The notes below the pieces were generated by a model. It saw only the letters and a program-made list of their open reading frames with translations, searched no databases and had not been told where the DNA came from. From NCBI GenBank assembly GCA_002104945.1, contig MCFH01000006.1, positions 992,001 to 1,056,000 of the forward strand: a DNA stretch of 64,000 nucleotides, written 5' to 3'. This document shows, piece after piece, positions 23,095-35,264 of this stretch; within the stretch, counting starts at the first letter, position 1; each line of letters begins with the position of its first letter. Both the position numbers and the translations under genes were made by a program. This DNA is from Piromyces finnis finn. Lineage: Eukaryota; Fungi; Neocallimastigomycota.

Positions 23095-24710
23095 GTTTTA
23101 TATTAATAACCGTAATGCTTAGAGATTAATGGAGATAAAAAACGTAGATCATTTTATTATTTTAATAATTTTATTTTATATATACTAAAACATAATTTAA
23201 TTTAATATATTTATTATAAAATATAAAACATGAAATTAAAATTAAATTAAATATTTTTATTATAAACTTTAATTATATATATTAATATATTAAAAAGGAG
23301 TAGTTATAATAACAATTTGTGATACATTATAACAGTAGACCACCAATAAACATAAATTGCCATTCCATTTAAATTATAAAATATGTAATATTATGAAAAT
23401 CCAACATCACAAATTCCAAAAAAGGATTTTTATTTCATGAAACGAAAACTCATGCCAAAGATTAAGTGACAATTATTTTTATATTAATAATTTAAATTTT
23501 GAGATAAAAATACATTATGAATATACTATGGCCTATGGCCAAAACTATAGTAGTATGAAGTAATATAATTAATAATTATAATAGTAAAGAACATGAACCT
23601 TTGAATATATTAATATTTCAATATTTCATATAATAATATTAATAATTAATTAATATTAGTATTATGTAATTTTAATAATTGAAGTTGAAAATTATATTTT
23701 CATCATATAAAATAAAATTGTAAAAATAAAAAATTAAAATTTTTTCAATTTATTGGTATATGTATATTATTTATAAAACAAAAATAAAAATTTTATTTTT
23801 GGATTTTTAAAGAATAGTTTTTTGAAATAAAATAATATTTAATTGAAACAAAAAATATATTATAAAAATTATTAAAATTTAATATAATAAAAGAAACTAA
23901 GATAAGGAAATTTAAATATTTTTAAAACATCATATTATTAAAATTCACAAAATAATTTATCTTTATTATTTTATTTAATTCAAATTTTTTTATTTATTTA
24001 ATACAATGATTAATATGATTAATTATTATTTATATTTTTATAAAATCATAATTGCGTATAGCTTTTTTAAGAAGCGTGACAAAAAGTGCTTTTTTTTTTT
24101 ATGGTATAATATAATATATATATGTTGTAAAGTTTAAATTTGTAGAAATGAAATATAAATATAAAAGAACACCAATTAGTAAAAAAAAGTAAATGTAATG
24201 TAGTATAAATGTATCATAATAATTTATATAAAAAATCGAAAAGGCAATTATTATTATTATAATTAAGCACAGTAATTCTACTTAATTTTTGGTGTGATTA
24301 AAAAGTCAAAGATCAAGTATTGATTTTTGATACTATTTGTTATTTCTTTAATAATGACTTCCTTATTAGAGTGTTGCTAATGATGCAAATAGTTTACTTT
24401 TGAAATACTTACATTACATTGAAGCTGTACTAGATCTTATTTTATTAAAATCAATTAAGGAATAAAAGCGTGATACTATATTTAAGGATTGAATATTATT
24501 TTTTAAAGTATGATAAAAATACTTTTTTTTTTTTTTTTTTTAAATTTACTAATAAATAAATAAGAAAAAAAAAATTTTCAGAAATTTTGTTATTATGAGT
24601 TTTAATAACTTGTTTAAATTTAAGAGACATTTTCTTATCAGTATGAAAACAAAAATGAGTGTATGCATATTTAAAAAAACCTTTTAAAATAACTAATTTT
24701 TATTTATTTA

Positions 24711-27700
24711 TCTTCAGCATTGACGCTCTTGGATGTTGCTTCAAACCTTTTGAACATTGTCCATTGCTGGCCAATAGCAAAAGGCATGATTTTGGTTAGA
24801 AGTTCCGCGGTTACCGTCAAGAATGGTGTTCCTTCGTTAGCGCCAGATTGAATCTGACGCTTGCAAAGTTCTTTCCATTCCCTTGAATTGTAATTAATAT
24901 TGTTAAAACTTCTTCCCCCAAGAAGGAATTTAAATATTTTACTGCACACACTAGAATAATCATACACATTAATATTCACCGGATTATTAGAACTATTACT
25001 ATTTTTATCTAAATTACTATCTAAATTAGAATTATTATCTTCACTATTGCTATCATTACTAATATTATTATTTCTACTACTATTATTGTTATTATTACTA
25101 TTGTTATTATTACTATTGTTATTATTATTACTACTACTATTATTATTATTAATATTATTACTATCTCTACTGATATTAACATTTTCATTATTATTGATAG
25201 GACTGTTGGAATTACGTTGACTGAAAAAATTTAATAGCTGGACTATGGAATCATAATGTTTAATACGGATATCTCTAAATGTTGGACAATCTAATAACCA
25301 ATGTTTAATACTTTGATCTCCACACTTGCAACATGGACAGTAGTTAGGACAAACTGGATCAACAAATTTAGCAGCTTTGGCAACTCTAGCATCCAACTTG
25401 TATCCGCTTCTTGCTTTCAATAGCCAGTAAAAGCCATAGGCAAACTCTGGGTACTCATAACATAATTTAATAAAATCTTTAGTTTCAATAAATTTATTAT
25501 CATCATAATATTGCGCTTTGATTGAATTCCCTTTGAGATCTTTCCAATAAAAGTTTTTAACTGCTTTAACATCTCCATGCTTCTTTAGTTTTTTATCAAG
25601 TGTCCTACTTGATTTGCACCATGTATATTTTCTAAATTTAGGAATGTAATTGACAAGGTGTGAGATAATACAATTCGAGTTTTTCATTTGTTAAAACATC
25701 TAACCTGAGCTAATGCACATTTGGCTGACAATGGAGGAATATTCAAATCTTTTGAGATAGAGTATAAAGATATAAACGATACAGCTTTATGAACTCCGGC
25801 AACCCATCGTATTCCTTTGTTAACATGCTTCTGAGCAATCCTAGACCTAGCTTTGTTGGATCCAAGTAATGGTGCAATGTATGAAATTCTACTGATCACT
25901 TGTGAGTTAAGTACTAGCTTTTTGAAAGGAATAGGAATATTAGGATTTCTTAAGAATTTACTGACTGAAAAAAGTCCTTTCAAAACTTTGTTATTAAGAG
26001 TTTTAATAACTGGTTTAAGGGACAGATTCTTATCAAATGGAACACCAAGATAAGTATAACAATCAGTAGTTGGAATGGGTTGTCCTGCTAAGTAAAATGT
26101 TGGATCTCTCTTGTTCTGATTTTCTATTGATTCAGGACGAATCACCATCGTTGAACATTTTTGGATACCAAATTCCATTTCATTATACAATGCCCATTAA
26201 TTAACTCTTCTAAGCATCTTTTTTAAGTATCCTCTTGTTGGAGCACAAATAACTATATCTGCAAAAAGTCCACCACAGCATCGAGTGTCACCTAAACTGA
26301 CTCCAAGATCTTCGCACTCTTTAAATATATCATTAATAAAGAGATTAAAGAGAATAGGAGAAAGAGGGCAACCTTGACGGACTCCTTTCTTCATATCAAA
26401 AGATTTCGAGAATTGTCCATCTAATTTGACATTAGCCTTAGATGTTAAATATAAATTTTTGATGAATTGTAAACTCTTACCTCGGATTCCTAAACAATCT
26501 AATTTATGGAGAATATTACCGATTGGGACTGAATCGTATGCTTTCCTGAGATCTAAAAAGGCCAAATATGTCTCTTTATTATCTAATTGACGTCTACGGC
26601 ATATTTCTTGGATTGAAATGAAAAGACTGATACTTTCTTCCTTTTTTCGAAAACCAAATTGTTCAGGTCTAATGAAATTATTCTTTAGACCATATTCTGA
26701 GATTCTAGTGGTGACAATTTTGGAAATCAACTTAATACCATTATTGATAAGTGATATACCTCGATAGTTATCACAATCTGTCAAATCTCCCTTCTTAGGA
26801 ATAGAAACAATACTGGATTCATTCCATGAGTTGGGGAAGTCTCCATCCCAAATACGGTTAAATAATTTAAGAATAAAATTTAAACCATGAGCGTCATTAT
26901 CTGAAGTGGTATTACCAGAAGAATTATTATCTGTAGCATTATTAGAATCATTACTTGATGGAATTAATGCTTTGTAAAATTCAATTGGAATACCATCCGG
27001 ACCTGATGCTTTATAATTTGGAGTAGAGAGGATAGCTGACTTGACTTCATCAATACTAATATCTTGGTTGATATCCCACTCATCAAGCATAGGAAGTGAA
27101 AAACGTTTATTCATTGGTTCTTCATACCAATGCTCCAAATCAAGACTTACACCACTTGGATCTGATGCAAGCTTTTCGAAATGATCATGCCACACATCTA
27201 GTTGTTCTTCCGTAGCAACAACTAATTCTCCATTTTTGTTTTTAATTGGTTGAGCAATAAAGAAAGAATCTTTTCCAATTTTTGCAGTTTTCTTGATCCA
27301 TTTCCAGGCCTTCTTAGGATTATGACTCTTCATATACTCACATCCTGTTTTAATCCAATGAAGATATTCTTGTTTCCTAAATTCATTACATCTTTTGTGG
27401 ATGTAATCAATGAGCTTACGGTAGATTTTAATTCTTTTAATAAATTCATCTATATCATAAATTCTTTCTTTTTTAAATCTCTTATACAACTTCATTTTGA
27501 TTTTTTGAAGATTAAAAATTTGTTGTGAAATATGAAATGAAGACTTTATAACATTATTTGCTGAGGTAATACTGAGCTCGTCTGCAATTGAAAAAGCAGT
27601 TGAAGTAAACTCTTTGGAAAGTTCATCTGTAGAAACATTAGGATCGTTGAATTTTGCTGAAAGAATTTGGAATTTATTATGACTAAGAATAGATTCCTTT

Positions 27701-29930
27701 TCCTCAATACATTTTAATCTATTCCATTTCAGAATTTTCTTAGGAACATTAAAGTCATTAGAAAAATCTTCCATAGGAATAATTTTACCATTAATAAGAA
27801 GTGGCTTATGGTCTGATACAGGATAAAAATTATTTATAAATGATCCTGAGTGAATAAGATCTTTCATCTTCGAATTGATAAGAGTATGGTCAATGTCGGA
27901 AGATTGATCACCTCGAGTCCAAGAGATAGTAGACCCTCTAAGCGGAAGAATTTCCCAATCTCCTAATCCATTAGTTGATAACCAGTTGGATAATTTTACT
28001 TTAGACATATTAAAATCACCAACAAGAATCGATGGATGGGATGAATGAGTTTGTAACCACAAGCGAACTTCTAACTTTGCATGATCAACATAGATGTTGT
28101 GATGACTATGAGGCATATAAACATTTCCAATCGAGCATTTGAATCTATTCCAAAGACTAAAAGTATAAATAGAAATAATATACTTTCCAGAGAAGTTTTC
28201 AAGTGAGGCTTGACACGAATTGTGAAAACCTAAATATAAACCTCTCATTCCCGGAACTGATTCGTCAGCTTTCTTGAAAAAGTGTCTATAGTTTCGCAAA
28301 GTAACACGACAAGGATAATCTGTATTCGAACCAGAACCATTACCAGTTTCTTGGAAACATAAAAATAATGGTTTGAAAATAGCAGTGAAATAGCTAATAC
28401 TATCTCTCTTTTCGTGATTCCACCCATTGGTGTTCCAACTAAGACAAAAAGAAAAGTTATCAGGCTTGTTGGATGAGGAAGAATCGTTGCTATTATTATT
28501 ATTATCAAGGTCATCATTATTAATGGATGATGCATCAGAGGAATAAGTAGAACTATTACTAGATGGCTGTGAAACTGAAGAACTATCAACTATTGAACTG
28601 TTATCAGAGTTGATAGAGCTATTAGAATTAATTGTTGAATGTTGAGATTGAAATTGTGTTTGCTGTAGATCTGGAATATTTTCATGATGGGAAACTTGTT
28701 GAAGATCCTGTTGAAGATCTTGTTGAAGATCGGATTGTTGATGAGATTGTTGAACTGATTGTTGAAGTGATTGTTGAATTGAAAGTTGATGTTTATTAGA
28801 AACTAAAATTTTACGTTTGAGTGTGGAAAAAGTGTATTTGTGATTCCTTCTACTACGAGCTGAAAAGGAAATTGAGGTAACTGAAAGTTTCTTCTTTAAC
28901 ATGTGTAAGATTTTAATACAATCTTTTGATGAACCATGAACCTTGACTAAGAAAAAGTGATCATTGAAAGTCTGAAAATATTTAACACTAATAACTGAAT
29001 TAAATTTATCTTCTAGAATAACCTCGAGTTTTTCCCATAGCATATTTACTGACCATGATCGAATACCACGGATAAAGAAGGAGCGAATATCATCTAAGGG
29101 GATACCAAAAGACCGGGTACCACGTCTGATATAATTCTTATCTTTAATATAAAGGACTGACATGATAATTAATTCTAATTAAAAAATATTGAATATAAAA
29201 TAAATACTAATAAAAATTACAAATATAACGTATATGGAAAAAAATCTGTATCTCTCTCTCTTCTTAAAAGTACTGGATAGTACAAAAATTGTTACGATGC
29301 TTTGTTTAAATTTTTTTTTTTTGAATTCTAGTTGTAAATTTTCTTTAAAAATTCTAGTTTTGGTTTGTTGTTAGTAAATTCGAATCGCTTTTTGACACTA
29401 AACTTGTTTGACTTTACTTTTCATTAAATATTTAAATTGGTAAAAAATTTGAATCAAGAATGTCGACACCAGAAAGCTTGTGAATAGTATTTTTACATGA
29501 TGTAGAGTGAATCAGTCTCTTACAAGAAACAATACAATAATAGCTACATGAATATAAAAATACAATGCAAATGCTAAAGTTGACTACATTGGATTCTTAC
29601 AAGAGAAGAGTAGTACTACATGAATACATGAATAAAAGAAAAAAATACAGCAACAAAATGTATTACTCTTCTAATTAAATACTATACAAACTTACCTGAG
29701 TATCAAACATTCAACTTATTCATCAAATACTTAAATTCGATGAATAAAATGTTTTTTAATCGCTCAGTACCATGAGCTTAGTCCTAATAATTTTCCCTTA
29801 AAGACTAACCAAGCATCCATTGCGCAATACTTGGATTTAATTCTTCCTACTCTCTCAGTACCATGAGCATGAGTAGACCCCCTTGATAAACTCCATTTAT
29901 TAAATAAATGAAGGCACGTTCCCAAGAGGG
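24711..29930 (-). mobile_element. LINE copy 3, complete leader, disrupted ORF, 3'-truncated
   Basis: ORF split into 26197-29163, 25684-26190 and 24704-25687 by a Glu-to-TAA change and a 1-nt deletion; FADD reduced to FAD. Homology stops at 24711; no 3' UTR or A-tail. Confidence 0.92.
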
Positions 29931-29939
29931 TGGAACATG

Positions 29940-29942
<3 letters not shown>

Positions 29943-29973
<31 letters not shown>

Positions 29974-32100
29974 GGCATCAAATATTTTAAACTTTATTAT
30001 TAATTTAATTAAAATTATAATACATGTAATAAAAAATTAAAAAATAAAAATAAAAATAAAAAAAATATGTTTAAATAAACACAAATGAATAAAATTTGGG
30101 TATAATGTATTCTAGTAATTTTAATTAAAGTAAGAAAGCCACTATCATACTAAAGTATAATAATTGTATTTGACTTCCAATGCGACACCGAGCCAAAGAT
30201 CAAAATTTTGTCATGGAACAAAATTATGATCTCCATTGGTTGCGCTGGCCCTCCTGGCCTGTCTTACTGTTTCTTCAGCATTGACGCTCTTGGATGTTGC
30301 TTCAAACCTTTTGAACATTGTCCATTGCTGGCCAATAGCAAAAGGCATGATTTTGGTTAGAAGTTCCGCGGTTACTGTCAAGAATGGTGTTCCTTCGTTA
30401 GTATCAGATTGAATCTGACGCTTACAAAGTTCTTTCCATTCCCTTGAATTGTAATTAATATTGTTAAAACTTCTTCCCCCAAGAAGGAATTTAAATATTT
30501 TACTGCACACACTAGAATAATCATACACATTAATATTCACCGGATTATTAGAACTATTACTATCATTAACTAAATTACTATCTAAAGTAGAATTATTATC
30601 TTCACTATTGCTATCATTACTAATATTATTATTTCTATTATTGTTATTATTACTATTGTTACTATTACTATTGTTACTATTACTATTGTTATTACTACTA
30701 TTGTTACTATTACTATTAATGTTATTACTATCTCTACTGATATTATCAATTTCATTATTATTGATAGGACTATTGGAATTACGTTGACTGAAAAAATTAA
30801 GTAGCTGGACTATGGAATCATAATGTTTAATACGGATATCTCTAAATGTTGGACAATCTAATAACCAATGTTTAATACTTTGATCTCCACACTTGCAACA
30901 TGGACAGTAGTTAGGACAAACTGGATCAACAAATTTGGCAGCTTTGGCAACTCTAGCATCCAACTTGTATCCGCTTCTTGCTTTCAATAGCCAGTAGAAG
31001 CCATAGGCAAACTCTGGGTATTCATAACATAATTTAATAAAATCTTTAGTTTCAATAAATTTATTATCATCATAATATTGCGCTTTGATTGAATTCCTTT
31101 TGAGATCTTTCCAATAAAAGTTTTTAACTGCTTTAACATCTCCATGTTTCTTTAATTTTTTATCAAGTGTCCTACTTGATTTGCACCACGTGTATTTTCT
31201 AAATTTAGGAATGTAATTGACAAGGTGTGAGATAATACAATTTGAGTTTTTCCATTTGTTAAAACATCTAACCTGAGCTAACGCACATTTGGCTGACAAT
31301 GGAGGAATATTCAAATCTTTTGAGATAGAGTATAAAGATATAAACGATACAGCTTTATGAACTCCGGCAACACATCGTATTCCTTTGTTAACATGCTTCT
31401 GAGCAATCCTAGACCTAGCTTTGTTGGATCCAAGTAATGGTGCAAAGTATGAAACTCTGCTAATCACTTGTGAGTTAAGTACTAGTTTTTTGAAAGGAAT
31501 AGGAATATTAGGATTTCTTAAGAATTTACTGACTGAGAATAGCCCTTTCAAAACTTTGTTATTAAGAGTTTTAATTACTGGTTTAAGGGACAGATTCTTA
31601 TCAAATGGAACACCAAGATAAGTATAGCAATCAGTAGTTGGAATGGGTTGTCCTGCTAAGTAAAATGTTGGATCTCTCTTGTTCTGATTTTCTATTGATT
31701 CAGGACGAATCACCATCGTTGAACATTTCTGGATACCAAATTCCATTTCATTATACAATGCCCATTCGTTAACTCTTCTAAGCATCTTTTTTAAGCATCC
31801 TCTTGTTGGAGCACAAATAACTATATCATCTGCAAAAAGTCCACCACAGCATCGAGTGTCACCTAAACTGACTCCTAGATCTTCGCACTCTCTAAATATA
31901 TCATTAATAAAGAGATTAAAGAGAATAGGAGAAAGAGGGCAACCTTGACGGACTCCTTTCTTCACATCAAAAGATTTCGAGAATTGTCCATCTAATTTGA
32001 CATTAGCCTTAGATGTTAAATATAAATTTTTGATAAATTGTAGACTCTTACCTCGGATTCCTAAACAATCTAATTTATGGAGAATATTACCGATTGGGAC
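29943..32100 (-). mobile_element. LINE copy 4, 5'-truncated, with A-tail and 12-bp TSD
   Basis: TSD tggaacatgaga at 29931-29942 and 32101-32112; T-run from 29943; 3' UTR matches copy 1. The ORF 30211-32142 begins in flanking DNA. Confidence 0.93.
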
Positions 32101-32606
32101 TGGAACATGAGACCCCGATGAACTGTAAAGCTGTTCATTCAAATGTCTTTGTTCCGACTTATCGATTTGTAGCTCATCATAAGCTAAAGATCCACCAAGA
32201 AGGAACGTGTAATCATAATAAAATTTAATAAATTTATTATCATCATAGACAAAAAAAATTAATACATAATATTAATTTCTTAATAAACCTAATAATAAAT
32301 TTTATAAATAATATAAATTTTCTATAAACTTAATAACAAATAATTAATTTTTATAACAAAAAAAACAAAACTTTTAAATCATAAAAAATTTGAATACATT
32401 TTTTATTTAATTTTAATTTTATTTTGTTTTTATTTTGTTTTACTTTTAATACTGAATTTATCAGAACAACTACATTTATAATTTTTATTTTATTTAATTT
32501 ATTTTTAATTTCATTTTATTAAATAACCTTTTTTCTTAAAAACACTATTGTTCTTAACATTAAGTTTATTGTTTAATATTTAACAGATATTAAATAATCA
32601 AACCAT

Positions 32607-34904
32607 TTAACAGTTGGATGGCATACCACACCAGTTACCGTTTTCAACACCCCAGTCACCATCGGCATCAGTGTACCAGACATCACTGCAGGATGAACAG
32701 CACTTGTAACCTTGGGCAATGACATTAGCGTTACATTTAGCAGCTGGAGTAGAGGCTCCACCACAACCACACCATTGACCGTTTTCAACACCCCAGTCAC
32801 CATCAGCATCAGTGTAAACAACTTGGCAGTTCTTGGAACAGCACTTGTAACCTTGGCTCATGATAGAAGCTGAGCACTTACCACTGCTACCAGTGTTGCT
32901 GTTGTTGTTACCACTGCTGCTACCACCGTTGGAGTAGCTACCTAAGTCGTAAATGGCAATAAGACCATTGGCAACCATAATTTCGGTTTGACCCCAGAAT
33001 CTGTGGTAAGTGAAGGCTGGTGGGTTACCTCCGTTGAGGAAGTCTTCGACTTGAGCCCAATCTGGATCTTCCTTGTACTTTGGACGAATGTCAATGAAAG
33101 TAGCACCGCTCTTAATGTTGGCACCTTGAGCGTTCTTACCACTCCAGCCAGATGGAATGTAAGTTTCTTGACCGAAGTTGGCGTAGTCAAGACGTTCTTC
33201 GTAGGTAGCGTAACCAAGATCATCCTTGTAGTTTTCAAGGACTTCCATAACGTTAACAGCAAGAGAAAGACCTTCATCATCACCGTCCTTCATAGAAACC
33301 CACATTAAGGCCTTCATGATAGAGGCAAGAGTACCAAGATCAATACCAGTGGCAGAAACAGTACCGTGGAGGGATCTGTTAAGGTTGCTCTTGTTGAAGT
33401 TGGAGGACTTCCATTCATCTGGATTACCAGACCAGGCTAAGTTAGTGGCGTGAATAACTTCGTTACCACTAATTTGAACATTGTCCTTAACCCACTTGGC
33501 CCAGTTTTGACAGACAAGTCCGGCTCTTTCATCACCAGAAAGGTAGTACATGGAACAGACACGTTCCATACCCCAACCTTGCATACCAGTCCAGTTGTTG
33601 GATGGTGGGTCGTGGTAAACTGGTTGCCAGTCGTACCACATACCGTAGAAGGAAGTAATGTCGCTGCTTGGTTGAGCGTAGTGACCTTGCCATGAGTTAG
33701 TGGCACCACCAGCAATACAACCTTCTGGAGTTTGTAACCATCTGAATAATTCTAATTGACGGTCCATGGAAGTAGCCCAATCCTTAGCACCAGTAGCAGA
33801 CTTTGGCTTGAAAGCAGATTGAGTAGAAAGAATCCAGGCAGCTAATGGGGATTGGTAACCACTGTGAGTGTGGGAAGAACCAATTCTCCAAGACCAGTCA
33901 CCTTGTAAACCTCCACCCCAGGCGAAGTACCAGGAGATAAGGTAGTGAGCTGAGTTCTTACCAGAACCAGCAGAACATCTGTCGTAACCAACACAGTTAC
34001 CGATCTTCTTGAAGTATTTATCGTAGTGAGCGTAACGTAAGTAATCACCAAGCTTAGAGGCTTTCTTGGCAACAGATGAAAGATCTTGTCCATCTTCATC
34101 AGCCCATAACCAACCGAAGTAAGCGGCTTGAATGGCACGAGCATCGGCATCTGGAGCAGCAGTGTATCTCCATTGCTTAGCGTAGGAGTTATCTAAGGTG
34201 AAAAGATCTAAGAAACCGTTCTTACCACCCCACTTCATGGTTTCCCAACATGGGTGTGGAACAGTCTTCCAGGCAGATTCTGAAGCACCACGTTGGAAGG
34301 TGTTAATGAAGGATGGCTTAGACTTACCATCACCTTGTTGACCGTAACCGTACCAGTTATCACCATCAATAATCCAGTGCATGGCGTAGATATCCCAGTT
34401 ACCGTAGGCTTGGGAAAGTTCCTTGGCAATTGGATCTTCACCAACAACACCGTTGACGAATTCGAGCTTGGCTGGGTAGTCTTCAATATCATCACTTTCT
34501 GGAGCATAGGTAGCTGGTGAGGAAGTGTTGTACTTGCTCATACCTGGTTGGTTCTTGCTGTCTGGAATTAAGTGCTTTTCTAAGTAGCTCCAGGCAGTTT
34601 CAACACCAGAGTAATCACCAGTAAGCTTACCGTTAACAGCTTCTAACCAAACCCAGAAGGAGTAGGTTTCAGAGACGGATTCGTGACCGTGATCTGGAGC
34701 TTCAACCATAAGAGTTTCAATAGAGTGGTATGGAACGTTTTCTGGTGAGAAGTATTCAGATTGGTATGAACCATTACCAGTAATGATGTTGTAGTGGTCC
34801 ATAGCACGTTCAGCGAACTTTTGAGAGGCACCAGAACGCTTCATTGGAGCGGCCATAACGGCAGAAGCACCAAGAAGAGCAATAGCAGATCTAATAGATG
34901 GCAT
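32607..34904 (-). CDS. cel48A: GH48 cellobiohydrolase with two fungal dockerins (copy b)
   Basis: Same 765-aa translation as copy a; the alternative-frame ORFs inside the CDS are also the same. Confidence 0.97.
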   Translation of the reverse strand: MPSIRSAIALLGASAVMAAPMKRSGASQKFAERAMDHYNIITGNGSYQSEYFSPENVPYHSIETLMVEAPDHGHESVSETYSFWVWLEAVNGKLTGDYSGVETAWSYLEKHLIPDSKNQPGMSKYNTSSPATYAPESDDIEDYPAKLEFVNGVVGEDPIAKELSQAYGNWDIYAMHWIIDGDNWYGYGQQGDGKSKPSFINTFQRGASESAWKTVPHPCWETMKWGGKNGFLDLFTLDNSYAKQWRYTAAPDADARAIQAAYFGWLWADEDGQDLSSVAKKASKLGDYLRYAHYDKYFKKIGNCVGYDRCSAGSGKNSAHYLISWYFAWGGGLQGDWSWRIGSSHTHSGYQSPLAAWILSTQSAFKPKSATGAKDWATSMDRQLELFRWLQTPEGCIAGGATNSWQGHYAQPSSDITSFYGMWYDWQPVYHDPPSNNWTGMQGWGMERVCSMYYLSGDERAGLVCQNWAKWVKDNVQISGNEVIHATNLAWSGNPDEWKSSNFNKSNLNRSLHGTVSATGIDLGTLASIMKALMWVSMKDGDDEGLSLAVNVMEVLENYKDDLGYATYEERLDYANFGQETYIPSGWSGKNAQGANIKSGATFIDIRPKYKEDPDWAQVEDFLNGGNPPAFTYHRFWGQTEIMVANGLIAIYDLGSYSNGGSSSGNNNSNTGSSGKCSASIMSQGYKCCSKNCQVVYTDADGDWGVENGQWCGCGGASTPAAKCNANVIAQGYKCCSSCSDVWYTDADGDWGVENGNWCGMPSNC

Positions 34905-34972
34905 GTTTTTATAAAAAAAGAATTTTTTTTTTAATTATTATTCAATAATAATAGAATTTTTATATTTTTAGA

Positions 34973-35264
34973 GTTTGTTCCAGCAAACAAATGTATTAAA
35001 AAATATAAAATTTTTTAATTATGAAGTTTTAAAATAGCAAGGAAAACCAAAACTATTTATATATTTTTTCTAAATAGAAAAAAAATTCTGAATTATATTA
35101 AAAATTTAGAAAATCTTTAGATAACAATTTAAAGATTCGTTAATTTAAATTAAAAATTTTAAAACCTATCACAAAACTTTAACTTAAATTAATAGAAATA
35201 TTTATATATTAAAATTGAAAAACATAAAAAATAATTTATTAACAATATTATTATAAGCATTAAA
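34973..35264 (-). promoter_or_regulatory. GH48b core promoter and 5' UTR hairpin
   Basis: Hairpin at 34973-34988, conserved block at 35017-35035, TATATAAA at 35063-35056, shared 16-mer at 35249-35264. Confidence 0.6.

Noticed and set aside
20130-32606. Simple segmental duplication of a LINE-plus-GH48 unit
   Set aside because: The spacers between LINE and GH48 (20130-20572 versus 32113-32606) are not alignable, and the LINE copies differ in structure.
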